Below, one piece after another: positions 25,906 to 34,820 of a DNA stretch of 64,000 nt. The notes under the pieces are model-generated. The model was not told the DNA's origin and ran no database searches. It saw only the letters and a list, made by a program, of their open reading frames with translations. Made by a program: the position numbers and the translations under genes. Numbering within the stretch: the stretch's first letter is position 1; the number at the start of each line of letters is the position of its first letter. The DNA is from a virus, in the IMG/VR virus record IMGVR_UViG_3300031227_000013. One strand, given 5' to 3'.

Positions 25906-27021
25906 TTAAATGTTAAATAAAGGACAGTGTCGAACACCATCACGAATTGTTCCCAGACTTATCTTCCTCCATTTATTTACTAGAGGAGAAAACCATACAT
26001 CGTCCAGAAAGTCATTACAATTAATTACATCAATACCTTTATCCCATCCTCCTTCCCCTTCTGCGAAGGAACATGGAAAATATTTTCCTTCCCAGTTAAA
26101 ATAACTTGAGAACAGCCCGAAGCTTTCGCAGGACTCGCTCATCTTAAAATATTCCGGATACATATCACTATCCCGCACAGCATCCAGAAACTTAGGCGCG
26201 GAACAACTGTCGAAGCCGAAATCTATTTTGGCTTTCAAAGCTATATCCACTAATACTTTAAACTTTTCAGCAGATAGAGGTGTAAAATTAACTCCTCTTC
26301 CCTTCTTCTTTAAAGACAGCATCACAACAGCCCCCATCTTACTCAGACGTTCATCACTCTGTATATCTTTAAACAAAGTCAATGTATCTTCAAAACTTTC
26401 TTCATAGATACAGACATGTATATTTGTCTGCTTCAGACCCCTGTCAGTCAGCTTCTTCACTGATTCATAACAGCAGTTCTTATTCTGTGTCGGGTAATAG
26501 GATACACTCACAGCCCCTACATACTCCACTAACTTATCCGCGGTCTCGTCCGATATATCAGCCACGGTTATATTAGGAATTACTTCTGTATAGGGATTAT
26601 TACGGCAGTAATACATCATCCTCCACAAGTCGGGATTAGCTGTAGCCTGTGCATCTGCTCCGAAAGCTATCTGAGTCAATACCTTCCAGGGCTTTATCTC
26701 CCCGTCTATAACTCTGGAACATAGCTTATCAAATAATTGTTTAAATACCTCGAAAGACATATTAGAAGTATTAGACGGATTATTTCCCTTATAGCACATG
26801 GGGCATACCTTACGGGAAGATTCATCGTTAAGATCACATCGCACTCCATGACATATTTCAGTAATCTCAATATCAGCTATCTCCGGACCGTATACAGACA
26901 TATCCGGATCCTCTTCCTCTGTCTCGCCCCAGCGCATAAAATCACCGCTTATCTTATTAAAAACATAATTATACTTTTTTGAGGATAAAACTTTTGTATC
27001 CTCTGTTTCTATAAATTTCAT
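25906..27021 (-). CDS. Radical SAM enzyme with C-terminal SPASM/twitch-like domain
   Basis: DIEITEIC-HGVR-C-DLNDESSRKV-CPMC (expanded CX3CX2C), QIAFG, PNIT, VSVSY, GFDSC, ESC...GKYFPCSF, terminal HCPLF. Confidence 0.85.
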   Translation of the reverse strand: MKFIETEDTKVLSSKKYNYVFNKISGDFMRWGETEEEDPDMSVYGPEIADIEITEICHGVRCDLNDESSRKVCPMCYKGNNPSNTSNMSFEVFKQLFDKLCSRVIDGEIKPWKVLTQIAFGADAQATANPDLWRMMYYCRNNPYTEVIPNITVADISDETADKLVEYVGAVSVSYYPTQNKNCCYESVKKLTDRGLKQTNIHVCIYEESFEDTLTLFKDIQSDERLSKMGAVVMLSLKKKGRGVNFTPLSAEKFKVLVDIALKAKIDFGFDSCSAPKFLDAVRDSDMYPEYFKMSESCESFGLFSSYFNWEGKYFPCSFAEGEGGWDKGIDVINCNDFLDDVWFSPLVNKWRKISLGTIRDGVRHCPLFNI

Positions 27022-27023
27022 AC

Positions 27024-27278
27024 CTATGTAATTTTTCCTTTCTTTTTATTTACCTGCCAGTTCAACCACACAACAAAAGGCTGTTGATTATCTTCACTTA
27101 CCAGACAATCCGAACATGCACCCTGACTACAATTATGACAAATTACTTCATTTATTTTATCGTCCAGATCTGTCCAATCTCTTTTTGTATCCGGACGATT
27201 TAGCTCGTCAAAATATGTAGTTACAAAATCATACATTTCAGAAGGAATTGTTAACCCTTGGAATGCTTCTTTACTCAT
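27024..27278 (-). CDS. Small Cys-rich protein (paralogue of 27271..27528)
   Basis: ICHNCSQGACSDCLVS...FVVWLNWQ. Confidence 0.65.
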   Translation of the reverse strand: MSKEAFQGLTIPSEMYDFVTTYFDELNRPDTKRDWTDLDDKINEVICHNCSQGACSDCLVSEDNQQPFVVWLNWQVNKKKGKIT

Positions 27279-27528
27279 CTGCCTTAACCTTATTCAACTG
27301 CCATTTTATCCACACTAAAAATGCCTTTCTATTTATTGAAGATACCAGGCAGTCGGTGCACTCACATTTTGTACAAACACCGGGACAGCAAAATACATCT
27401 CTCTTTGCCCTAATCCAAGCAGGGTTTGTATTATAATTACAATTACAAAAATCATTAAAAAAATCTAGATTATCCATAAAAAAAGAAGGTAATGCTGGAT
27501 GTATATCTTTATCTTGAAATGTTCCCAC
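27271..27528 (-). CDS. Small Cys-rich protein (paralogue of 27024..27278)
   Basis: CCPGVCTKCECTDCLVS...FLVWIKWQ. Confidence 0.65.
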   Translation of the reverse strand: MGTFQDKDIHPALPSFFMDNLDFFNDFCNCNYNTNPAWIRAKRDVFCCPGVCTKCECTDCLVSSINRKAFLVWIKWQLNKVKADE

Positions 27529-27821
27529 TATTTACTCTCCTCATAGTTTATCTTACCCATTTTCTCCACGGGTACAAATACGTCGTATCCATCATCTTTT
27601 TCCGGATGCTGAATAGTCTCTTCGAATACATGCTTCCACTTATGTCTCCAATAAATAAATTCCTTCCCATCCCATCTGGATACTTCAGCATTCCTGCAAA
27701 TGCCTTTATATACCCCGTCCTTTTCCAGATCCTCAAGAGCTATCATCCCCTGTTTTTTCAACTGCTTTATTACTTCGAGAGTTAATTCCTGCGGTAAACA
27801 TCTAAAATTAATTTCCTGCAT
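27528..27821 (-). CDS. Hypothetical protein, first gene of the radical SAM operon
   Basis: YKGICRNAEVSRWDG...IQHPEKDDGYDVF; AGGGGG RBS. Confidence 0.65.
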   Translation of the reverse strand: MQEINFRCLPQELTLEVIKQLKKQGMIALEDLEKDGVYKGICRNAEVSRWDGKEFIYWRHKWKHVFEETIQHPEKDDGYDVFVPVEKMGKINYEESK

Positions 27822-27879
27822 ATATATCCCCCTGTTAATAATATGTTATTTTTAAAAAATAGTTATATCACTATTAATA

Positions 27880-27909
27880 TATTATGCCAAAAAAAGGGGG
27901 AAAATTTAG
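27880..27909 (-). promoter_or_regulatory. Promoter-like motif copy 3: CTAAA-N15-TGGCATAATA, heading the radical SAM operon
   Basis: Shared motif and spacing. Confidence 0.6.
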
Positions 27910-28094
27910 GTAGAACAGCTTTTAAGCGTATTCCATTTTTGGTGAGTCTAGTTGATGTTCCATTTTCTCAGTGCATGGAACACACACGTGTTTATGGAAC
28001 ATATTATCTGTTGAAGGAGCTTCGACAGATATTAAATACATATCTCCGCAGGTGGGACATAGACATACTATTTTCAGTTTCTTTAAAAGTGTTT

Positions 28095-28763
28095 TCATTC
28101 TGCCGGAAGCTCCACATTTTCTAAGAAAGAGAGGTCCCCATTTTTAATAGGGAGTTGTCTAAGTTGAACAAGAAGTTCTTTGGTTTTATCTATAGCGTCT
28201 TTTTCGGAGTCTTCCAGCAAAGTTTTGTGGCTGTCCCAATAAGACTTAAACGTAAATTCATCTGATGCTAACATAATATCTCTATTATCAATTTCACTTT
28301 CATTAATCTCTGCGAAATTAAGAATAGAAGGGGGTTTCGTCATACCATGCTGAGTGAGGAGAGTTCCTGTATACACAGCTATGTCGTGTGAAAATCCCTC
28401 AGCATCATATGTATCAGGGCCTTCCAAAATACGCGCTTCGGAACAGCCCCATAAAATATCCTCTATCGACGCAGGTACCAGCATCTCGGAAGATATTCTA
28501 CTGAAGTTAAAAATCTGAACAAGATTATTCCAGGTCTCAAAAGATACATGGAATAGGTTAGTACTCATTAGAACGGATACAGCCATTAGCTTATCCATCA
28601 ATCCGGTAGTGACATCAACGCGTAGTCCATGCAGCTCCATCTCAACGGTTTCCGGTTCCCAGTCCACCCAGCCCGCATCAAAATTATCCATCATCAGTGC
28701 TGCGGCACATGTGCTGAATAATCCAGGGTCGTTAAAAGCGTCTTGCTGTGTCCTGTATTCCAT
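28095..28763 (-). CDS. Hypothetical protein (acidic; possible virion protein)
   Basis: 222-aa ORF with GAGGA RBS. Confidence 0.65.
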   Translation of the reverse strand: MEYRTQQDAFNDPGLFSTCAAALMMDNFDAGWVDWEPETVEMELHGLRVDVTTGLMDKLMAVSVLMSTNLFHVSFETWNNLVQIFNFSRISSEMLVPASIEDILWGCSEARILEGPDTYDAEGFSHDIAVYTGTLLTQHGMTKPPSILNFAEINESEIDNRDIMLASDEFTFKSYWDSHKTLLEDSEKDAIDKTKELLVQLRQLPIKNGDLSFLENVELPAE

Positions 28764-28768
28764 CGGTA

Positions 28769-29788
28769 TTAGTCCTCTATGAAATTTAGAAGAGCATCTG
28801 CATCCGGAGATGGTAATGAACTTATAACAGCTAGTTTTTCAGACATATCTCCTTCGGGCATTTCACCGAGGTAGTCTGTGAAGAACTGATTCACCTTATC
28901 TTCAGCTAGTTTAATCAGGGCTACTGATTTACCGTTCTGGAGATTGATATAATCCTTCTTGATTTCGGAAGCTCTTTTTTCTGTAAAACGGAAAAGAGTT
29001 TCTTCGGGAGTATCCAGAATATCTTTATGATAAAATCTGGCACAATTTGATGTATCGTCACATATGTCTAATACACACGCTATCTTGTGTAGTATAGTCG
29101 GAGTAACTTTACTCTCTGTAAGAGTGTCAGCGGCTTCTGCAAGCTTCTCACTCAACTCGGGGTTCTTTCTGTTGTACAGAGCGGCTCTGTCCGCAAGTGC
29201 CGTCAGAACCTGCTTTCTGGTACACATACCGTATCCTGCCGCCTTCTCCAGATATTCAGATACTTCTTCTGTTAAAGAAGCTTCTTTCTGTAAAGGAATA
29301 TTAAGCATTGTTCTTGCTAGTTTTCTACGTTGAGGATAGGTAAATTTTTCTTTATTCTCAAATATCTGGATAGCTGCTTTTTCGAAATCTCTAGGAGTAT
29401 TAAGAATCCACTCGTCTATCTGACCGCCTTGATAATCAACAATAGGTAAATGATAAGCTGTTTTAGTCAGCATTTCCTTTACTGTATAGTCTTTATCCAG
29501 CCCCCAGAATTCAGAGGCCTTATTAATATTCTCACTTACTTCTTCCAATAAAGCCGCGTTTTTATACATATCCTTATTCTTAGTAAAATATAATCGGGAC
29601 AGATAGGTATCCTTTTTTGTATGCACAGGATACTTACCATTGGTTTTATCTGCGAAGCAGTTTGAGGGTATCTGGTCTTTTTCTTCCGGATTACTTGCTT
29701 CCGCAGTCTTGACAAACCCCGGAAGGTCGATTACCTTATAGAAGCCATAAAGTTGTTTTCGACTTCGGTCATCAAATTGATCATACAT
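28769..29788 (-). CDS. Hypothetical protein rich in K-x-A motifs (possible internal head protein)
   Basis: 12 KxA occurrences in 339 aa. Confidence 0.6.
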   Translation of the reverse strand: MYDQFDDRSRKQLYGFYKVIDLPGFVKTAEASNPEEKDQIPSNCFADKTNGKYPVHTKKDTYLSRLYFTKNKDMYKNAALLEEVSENINKASEFWGLDKDYTVKEMLTKTAYHLPIVDYQGGQIDEWILNTPRDFEKAAIQIFENKEKFTYPQRRKLARTMLNIPLQKEASLTEEVSEYLEKAAGYGMCTRKQVLTALADRAALYNRKNPELSEKLAEAADTLTESKVTPTILHKIACVLDICDDTSNCARFYHKDILDTPEETLFRFTEKRASEIKKDYINLQNGKSVALIKLAEDKVNQFFTDYLGEMPEGDMSEKLAVISSLPSPDADALLNFIED

Positions 29789-29801
29789 AACGAGGTACCT
29801 T

Positions 29802-31169
29802 TTGTTAAATTCAAATAATTTTTTAATGGAACTTACTAATACGCGTATATCTTACAATAAACCATGTTACGTCAATTGTCCAGTCTGTACAGGAATAAAT
29901 ACTCTGTTCCTGCTGCATACACCCAAATTAACCTGGGGCTACTGTACAGGATGTTTGAGCGCGGGAGCAGTAAAGGATTGGGAGGACTGCTGTGTACACG
30001 GGAAACCTTTCGATAATTTTTATTACAAAGCAGATAAGATGTTTCGTAAGTATGCAGCTCGGGTAGATAAAAATATAGCTAACCCCCAACAGGTTCAGCT
30101 ATTAAGAAATCTAGGCTACGGTTTATTTGCATCTTCAGCAGAGAGTCCGGTAGGTCTGACTTCAATTACAGAATTTTATGCTGATTTAAAAGATGCTTTA
30201 ATTAATTCAGATATAATCCTCAAAAAAAGAGGGTATTATACTATCGAGGATAAGCCCAGTGTTATTATTCCTTTATATTATAGTAAACATCAAATAGTCG
30301 GATTCACCATATACGATGGAAAATGTTTTCATAGTTTTTATCCTGAAGAGTATAGATACAATATATATTATCAACAAGGAAATCAATATAATGCAAGAGA
30401 GCTTTTTATACCTGAGAATTTAAAAAGTATGCTTCATCTTCAAGCTATACGTGCAGACCTGAATAAAAGCCCGGCTAATTTAATAGTTCCTTTTTATCCA
30501 TTCAATTATATAAATAAAAAAACAGGTAAAACCAGTTCCACTACTCATCTAAGACACACTGATCCTCAGAAAGCTTATTTTATGACCTACAATAAGCCAT
30601 GGGCTATTCAACAAGGTTGTCGACTCAGCCGACATTGTTCTGTTTATTTTTATAAAAATACAATTCCACTAGAACCTGATTTTCCTATGCTGTATGTGAT
30701 ACGGGAGCCTGAGAAATATTTTGAACCTATAGGAGACCACTTTAAAAAATTGGATATGGAAGACAGATTAATAACAGATTACTCAAAGACTCCTAAAGAT
30801 GTACCAAAATATTTTATTCATGAGAATAGTATTTTTCAGAATAGTAAAAAAGGACTTTATAAAGTAACAAAATATGTTATTCATATAGAACATGAAAAGG
30901 ATCCTCAACTATTTTCCTTATATATAAGTACAGATAAGGAAATACAGATTCACCGATATATTAATGTAAGGGTATTTGAAGATATCGAATGTCTTAATAG
31001 TTTACTTAATTTATGTAAAACAGGAAAAAAAGAAGCATACTTCCTTGATTTTCCAAAAAAGCAAAGTATATTGTTAGTGTTACTAAGCCTACAATCCATA
31101 ACCAGGAGATATATTCATGAGCAGAAAAAAGAGAAGAGACAAACGGAGTACCCGAAACCCCTCCCTTAA
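29802..31169 (+). CDS. Large hypothetical protein with N-terminal zinc ribbon (CPVC...CTGC)
   Basis: 455-aa ORF; likely start at ATG 29827. Confidence 0.6.
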   Translation: MLNSNNFLMELTNTRISYNKPCYVNCPVCTGINTLFLLHTPKLTWGYCTGCLSAGAVKDWEDCCVHGKPFDNFYYKADKMFRKYAARVDKNIANPQQVQLLRNLGYGLFASSAESPVGLTSITEFYADLKDALINSDIILKKRGYYTIEDKPSVIIPLYYSKHQIVGFTIYDGKCFHSFYPEEYRYNIYYQQGNQYNARELFIPENLKSMLHLQAIRADLNKSPANLIVPFYPFNYINKKTGKTSSTTHLRHTDPQKAYFMTYNKPWAIQQGCRLSRHCSVYFYKNTIPLEPDFPMLYVIREPEKYFEPIGDHFKKLDMEDRLITDYSKTPKDVPKYFIHENSIFQNSKKGLYKVTKYVIHIEHEKDPQLFSLYISTDKEIQIHRYINVRVFEDIECLNSLLNLCKTGKKEAYFLDFPKKQSILLVLLSLQSITRRYIHEQKKEKRQTEYPKPLP

Positions 31170-31596
31170 ACTCCCTATAAGCGGAGAAACTATCTTTATA
31201 AAAAAGGCTAAGCCGATAAATCCCGGAGATACAGGAAGTATGTTTATAGACCGTATGTATGCTCAGGGAGGTTTTGTTATAGTTCAGATATTGAACTACA
31301 CTACAAATAAAATGCAGAAGAAAATGCTGGATCCTTCTGATGCTGTTCAGAGACTCAATGCTATTCTACAGGGATTCCCCCCGCAGTATGTTCCGGATGG
31401 ATTTAGAGAAGCTGTTATAAAGGCTGTTATTGCTGCTAAGCGTCAGACATTAGAAGGGGAAAACGAACTGTATAAACAGAACCTGGACATAGACGATCTT
31501 ACAGAACAACTCAAAGCGGATATTAAGGCTGAGCGTGAACTTGATCCCGAGCTTGATAAAGAAATGAGAATAATCGAGTTGGCTAATAAACATTAA
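31117..31596 (+). CDS. Hypothetical protein
   Basis: GGAGA RBS; basic N-terminus; stop overlaps the convergent gene. Confidence 0.6.
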   Translation: MSRKKRRDKRSTRNPSLKLPISGETIFIKKAKPINPGDTGSMFIDRMYAQGGFVIVQILNYTTNKMQKKMLDPSDAVQRLNAILQGFPPQYVPDGFREAVIKAVIAAKRQTLEGENELYKQNLDIDDLTEQLKADIKAERELDPELDKEMRIIELANKH

Positions 31597-34235
31597 GTAG
31601 TAGAACTACTGGAAGGCATGGCTTCTGTACTGCTTGAAGTCATTACTTCCGAACTACTAGAACTAACAGTAGGTCCTCCCCATCCCTCAGGTATTCCGTC
31701 CCAGTTAGTTAGACTACTATCGTTATGTCCGGTAAAGGCGTTCGTTCCAGTTAAAGTTCCATGTGCGTTCCATAAGTCAGGTGCAGTTCCGGCAGATGCC
31801 GCTGTACTTGCGCTAACCCTAAAGAAATTAGTAAAACTAACCGTTTGTCCACTAAACCTTGTAGTTTTTGTTACGGCCCCCGATTCATCATAGAATAACC
31901 ACGGAGACATAACTAATTTAGAACAATTTTGGAATGTATTTATAAATGATGGGGCAGTAGTATTGTATTTAAACAATCCATCGGGGACACTCGTTAAACC
32001 ATTACAAGTATAGAATGTATCAGTAAAACCATTATTTGTAACTAATGTATTATAACGGAATAAATCAGCAGGCAATGTTGTTAAACCAATACAATTATAG
32101 AATGTTCGATAAAAACCACCTGATGAAACTTCTGTATTATACCTAAATAAATCAACAGGTAATGTTGTTAAACCAGTGCATCCAAAGAATGTTACATTAA
32201 AACCCGCCCCTGAGACTAACGTATTATATCGGAACAAATCAACAGGTAATGAAGTTAAACTAGTACAAGTATAGAATGTTCCAGAAAAGCAATTTGTTGA
32301 AGCTAACGTATTATATTTAAACAAATCTATTGGTATTGATGTTAAACCACAATTTTTAAATGTCTGTGTAAAACTGTATATTGAACTCAGGGTATTATAT
32401 CTAAACAAATCAGTTGGTAATGATGTTAGGTTAGCACAATTATTAAATGTATAGGCAAAAGCATTTGATGTAACCCCCACATTATATCTGAACAAATCAA
32501 CAGGCAATGAAGTTAAACTAGTACAGCCAAAGAATGTTGAATTAAATGAAGTTATACCTGTTATACCTCTTATTGGACTCAGGATTGCAGTCAGCTTAGA
32601 CGGATTCGTTAAAAATCTAAATACAGTACACTCCCCCCGCATTGTTAGAGTATAAACATTAGTTCCAGAATAAGTATGTTGTGCGGTGCCTGCTCCATTA
32701 ACAGTAACAGGAGCACCTTCTCCCCAATCAATTACTAAATCAACTGCATTAGAATATGAAATACCAACCAAATCTGCGCCCGTAGTTGTTATCTCAAAAT
32801 TACTACGTTCATCGAATGAACTGGAACTGCTGGAGCTGGTAGGTAATACTCCAGGAGTACTGGAGCTGCTGGTGCTTGTTATACCTAAGGAACTGCTAGA
32901 GCTAGGTGAACTGGATGAACTAGATGAACTGGAGCTACTTGTTATACCTTCTGAACTACTGGAACTACTTGAACTAGAGCTGGATGAACTAGAACTGCTA
33001 GAACTACTTGTTATACCTTCTGAACTACTTGAGCTGCTGGAACTGCTAGAACTGCTGGAGCTTGAAGAGCTACTGGAAGAACTGGTACTGCTGGAACTTG
33101 TTGTTAAAGCTTCTGTACTGGAACTTGAAGAACTGCTTGAGCTGCTACTGCTAGTACTACTACTCGAACTAGTTGTTTTTATCTCTGTACTGGAAGAACT
33201 GGCGCAATCCCCGGACGCAACATCAGGTGCAGGAGCCGTACCTGTATAAACAGCCCATGGTAATTCATCAGGAGACACATAGGGATGTGTAACAGGTGTA
33301 TGATAATCCTGAGTTATCCCCCTCTGTCCCAAAGCCCATTGACTTGTAGATGTAAAGTAAAGTTCCTTGCCTTCTGAATTAGTAAAGTATTCATGTGTAT
33401 TATAAATACCCGCCAGCCCATAATCTCCATCATAATCTTCATCCCCAGCCCCACTTATACAATAACTATTAGGGAAAGAGGAACTGCTCTCGCTGGAGCT
33501 TGAATTGGTACTGGAGCTTGTAGCAATACCTTCTGAAGAAGTACTGCTGGAACTGGAGGTCAACTCTTCTGTACTGCTGGAAGAGCTTGTAGTTAATTCT
33601 TCTGTACTGGAACTGGAGCTTGAACTGCTGGAAGACTGTGAGCTTGAGCTGCTTGAAGAGCTTGAGCTGTTCAGACTGCTTTCAGATGCACTGCTCTCGG
33701 ATAAACTGGTTCCTGATAAAGTAGTCTCGCTGGAACTGGTAGAAGAACTACTGCTTGTACTTGTTGTTGAATTAATAGAACTGGAAGAACTGCTGTCATG
33801 TGTACTTTCTGAGTTACTACTCTCGGACTTACTGGTTTCGGAGGCGCTCGAAGGAGTCTCTCCCGAAGATTGAGAACTGCTGGAACTGCATGGATAATTG
33901 GTAAATAAAATCTCGTCAGATACTTCTTCTATCTGATTATAAATAACATATAGTTTATTAAGGTCTACAGTTATAGACGCAAGCATTTCCGTAGCGAAAT
34001 CATTTCTTCTGTAATAGAGATCGATGCTATCTGAGCGATATACATCTCCTGTATCTTCCGGTACCAATAACATATCGGGAAGAGAAGAGACTTGAGCATA
34101 TACTCCGTCTACATAAGTAAAAGGATTAACTTCCGCTACACTTATTCTAAGTCTGGATGTATACAGGTCCGGAGCGGCAGTTACTATACTGGAGGTGATA
34201 GTCCACATACTACACCGTCCTGTCCAGAGCATCAC
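31593..34235 (-). CDS. Poly-serine linker / PKD-like / BspA-like leucine-rich-repeat protein (putative virion adhesin)
   Basis: Two long poly-Ser tracts, VIDWGEG..HTYSG PKD-like module, about 8 LRR units (TF..C..LTSLP.DLFRYNT). Confidence 0.75.
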   Translation of the reverse strand: MMLWTGRCSMWTITSSIVTAAPDLYTSRLRISVAEVNPFTYVDGVYAQVSSLPDMLLVPEDTGDVYRSDSIDLYYRRNDFATEMLASITVDLNKLYVIYNQIEEVSDEILFTNYPCSSSSSQSSGETPSSASETSKSESSNSESTHDSSSSSSINSTTSTSSSSSTSSSETTLSGTSLSESSASESSLNSSSSSSSSSSQSSSSSSSSSSTEELTTSSSSSTEELTSSSSSTSSEGIATSSSTNSSSSESSSSFPNSYCISGAGDEDYDGDYGLAGIYNTHEYFTNSEGKELYFTSTSQWALGQRGITQDYHTPVTHPYVSPDELPWAVYTGTAPAPDVASGDCASSSSTEIKTTSSSSSTSSSSSSSSSSSSTEALTTSSSSTSSSSSSSSSSSSSSSSSSSSSEGITSSSSSSSSSSSSSSSSSSSEGITSSSSSSSSSSSPSSSSSLGITSTSSSSTPGVLPTSSSSSSSFDERSNFEITTTGADLVGISYSNAVDLVIDWGEGAPVTVNGAGTAQHTYSGTNVYTLTMRGECTVFRFLTNPSKLTAILSPIRGITGITSFNSTFFGCTSLTSLPVDLFRYNVGVTSNAFAYTFNNCANLTSLPTDLFRYNTLSSIYSFTQTFKNCGLTSIPIDLFKYNTLASTNCFSGTFYTCTSLTSLPVDLFRYNTLVSGAGFNVTFFGCTGLTTLPVDLFRYNTEVSSGGFYRTFYNCIGLTTLPADLFRYNTLVTNNGFTDTFYTCNGLTSVPDGLFKYNTTAPSFINTFQNCSKLVMSPWLFYDESGAVTKTTRFSGQTVSFTNFFRVSASTAASAGTAPDLWNAHGTLTGTNAFTGHNDSSLTNWDGIPEGWGGPTVSSSSSEVMTSSSTEAMPSSSSTT

Positions 34236-34557
34236 AAAGGTTTTCTATGTCCTGTGCCATCTGCAGTAAAGTATTATATACTAATTTAGAATCCTTTATA
34301 ACGATATCTATATATTCTTTCCGGAAGAAAGAGAAATCTGTTCCCACGGTATCTTCCGGATATTCTGATATATCTGAGGGCTGTGCTATATTTACAAATA
34401 CATTTCTCAGACTTGTGTTATAAGGTACAGGTAGTTTATGCTGATATACAAATATCTTAGCTGTCATATGGTCAGTCTCAGATGTCCAGGCTTGAAGTCT
34501 CCATTGTCCATCTATCTGAAGTGTTAAATTATATTTTACTGTTATTTTGTGTTCCAC
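34210..34557 (-). CDS. Small protein similar to the N-terminal domain of 31593..34235
   Basis: Shared P.D...PED...(F/Y)R...ID(I/L)...L..(I/M)..D(I/L)..L pattern. Confidence 0.55.
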   Translation of the reverse strand: MEHKITVKYNLTLQIDGQWRLQAWTSETDHMTAKIFVYQHKLPVPYNTSLRNVFVNIAQPSDISEYPEDTVGTDFSFFRKEYIDIVIKDSKLVYNTLLQMAQDIENLCDALDRTV

Positions 34558-34820
34558 AATAGTTCCAATAAGGCTGTTGGGAATACCCCTACGAGCATTT
34601 CCTTGTTTCTACCTTCTACAGGTAATTCGAATATCTTAGTTAATATAGCCCGTCTAAGTCTACTTTTCCTGCATTTTCTACATCCGCCCCCTTTATTCTT
34701 TTTTAACTGATCTGAAATTTCAGGGTATACCAGAACCAGAGCCCCTCTATTACTCCAGAGTTGCTCGTAGGTTATCCTATTAATATAGGAGTATTTATTC
34801 TGGGGATTTATCTTGGACAT
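34542..34820 (-). CDS. Hypothetical protein (GGGCRKC)
   Basis: ORF track. Confidence 0.55.
   Translation of the reverse strand: MSKINPQNKYSYINRITYEQLWSNRGALVLVYPEISDQLKKNKGGGCRKCRKSRLRRAILTKIFELPVEGRNKEMLVGVFPTALLELLWNTK

Noticed and set aside
32686-33873. Plus-strand Leu/Glu-rich ORFs (32686..33249 and 33505..33873)
   Set aside because: Antisense shadows of the poly-Ser tracts (AGT TCC reads as GAA CT. on the other strand); no RBS or context support.
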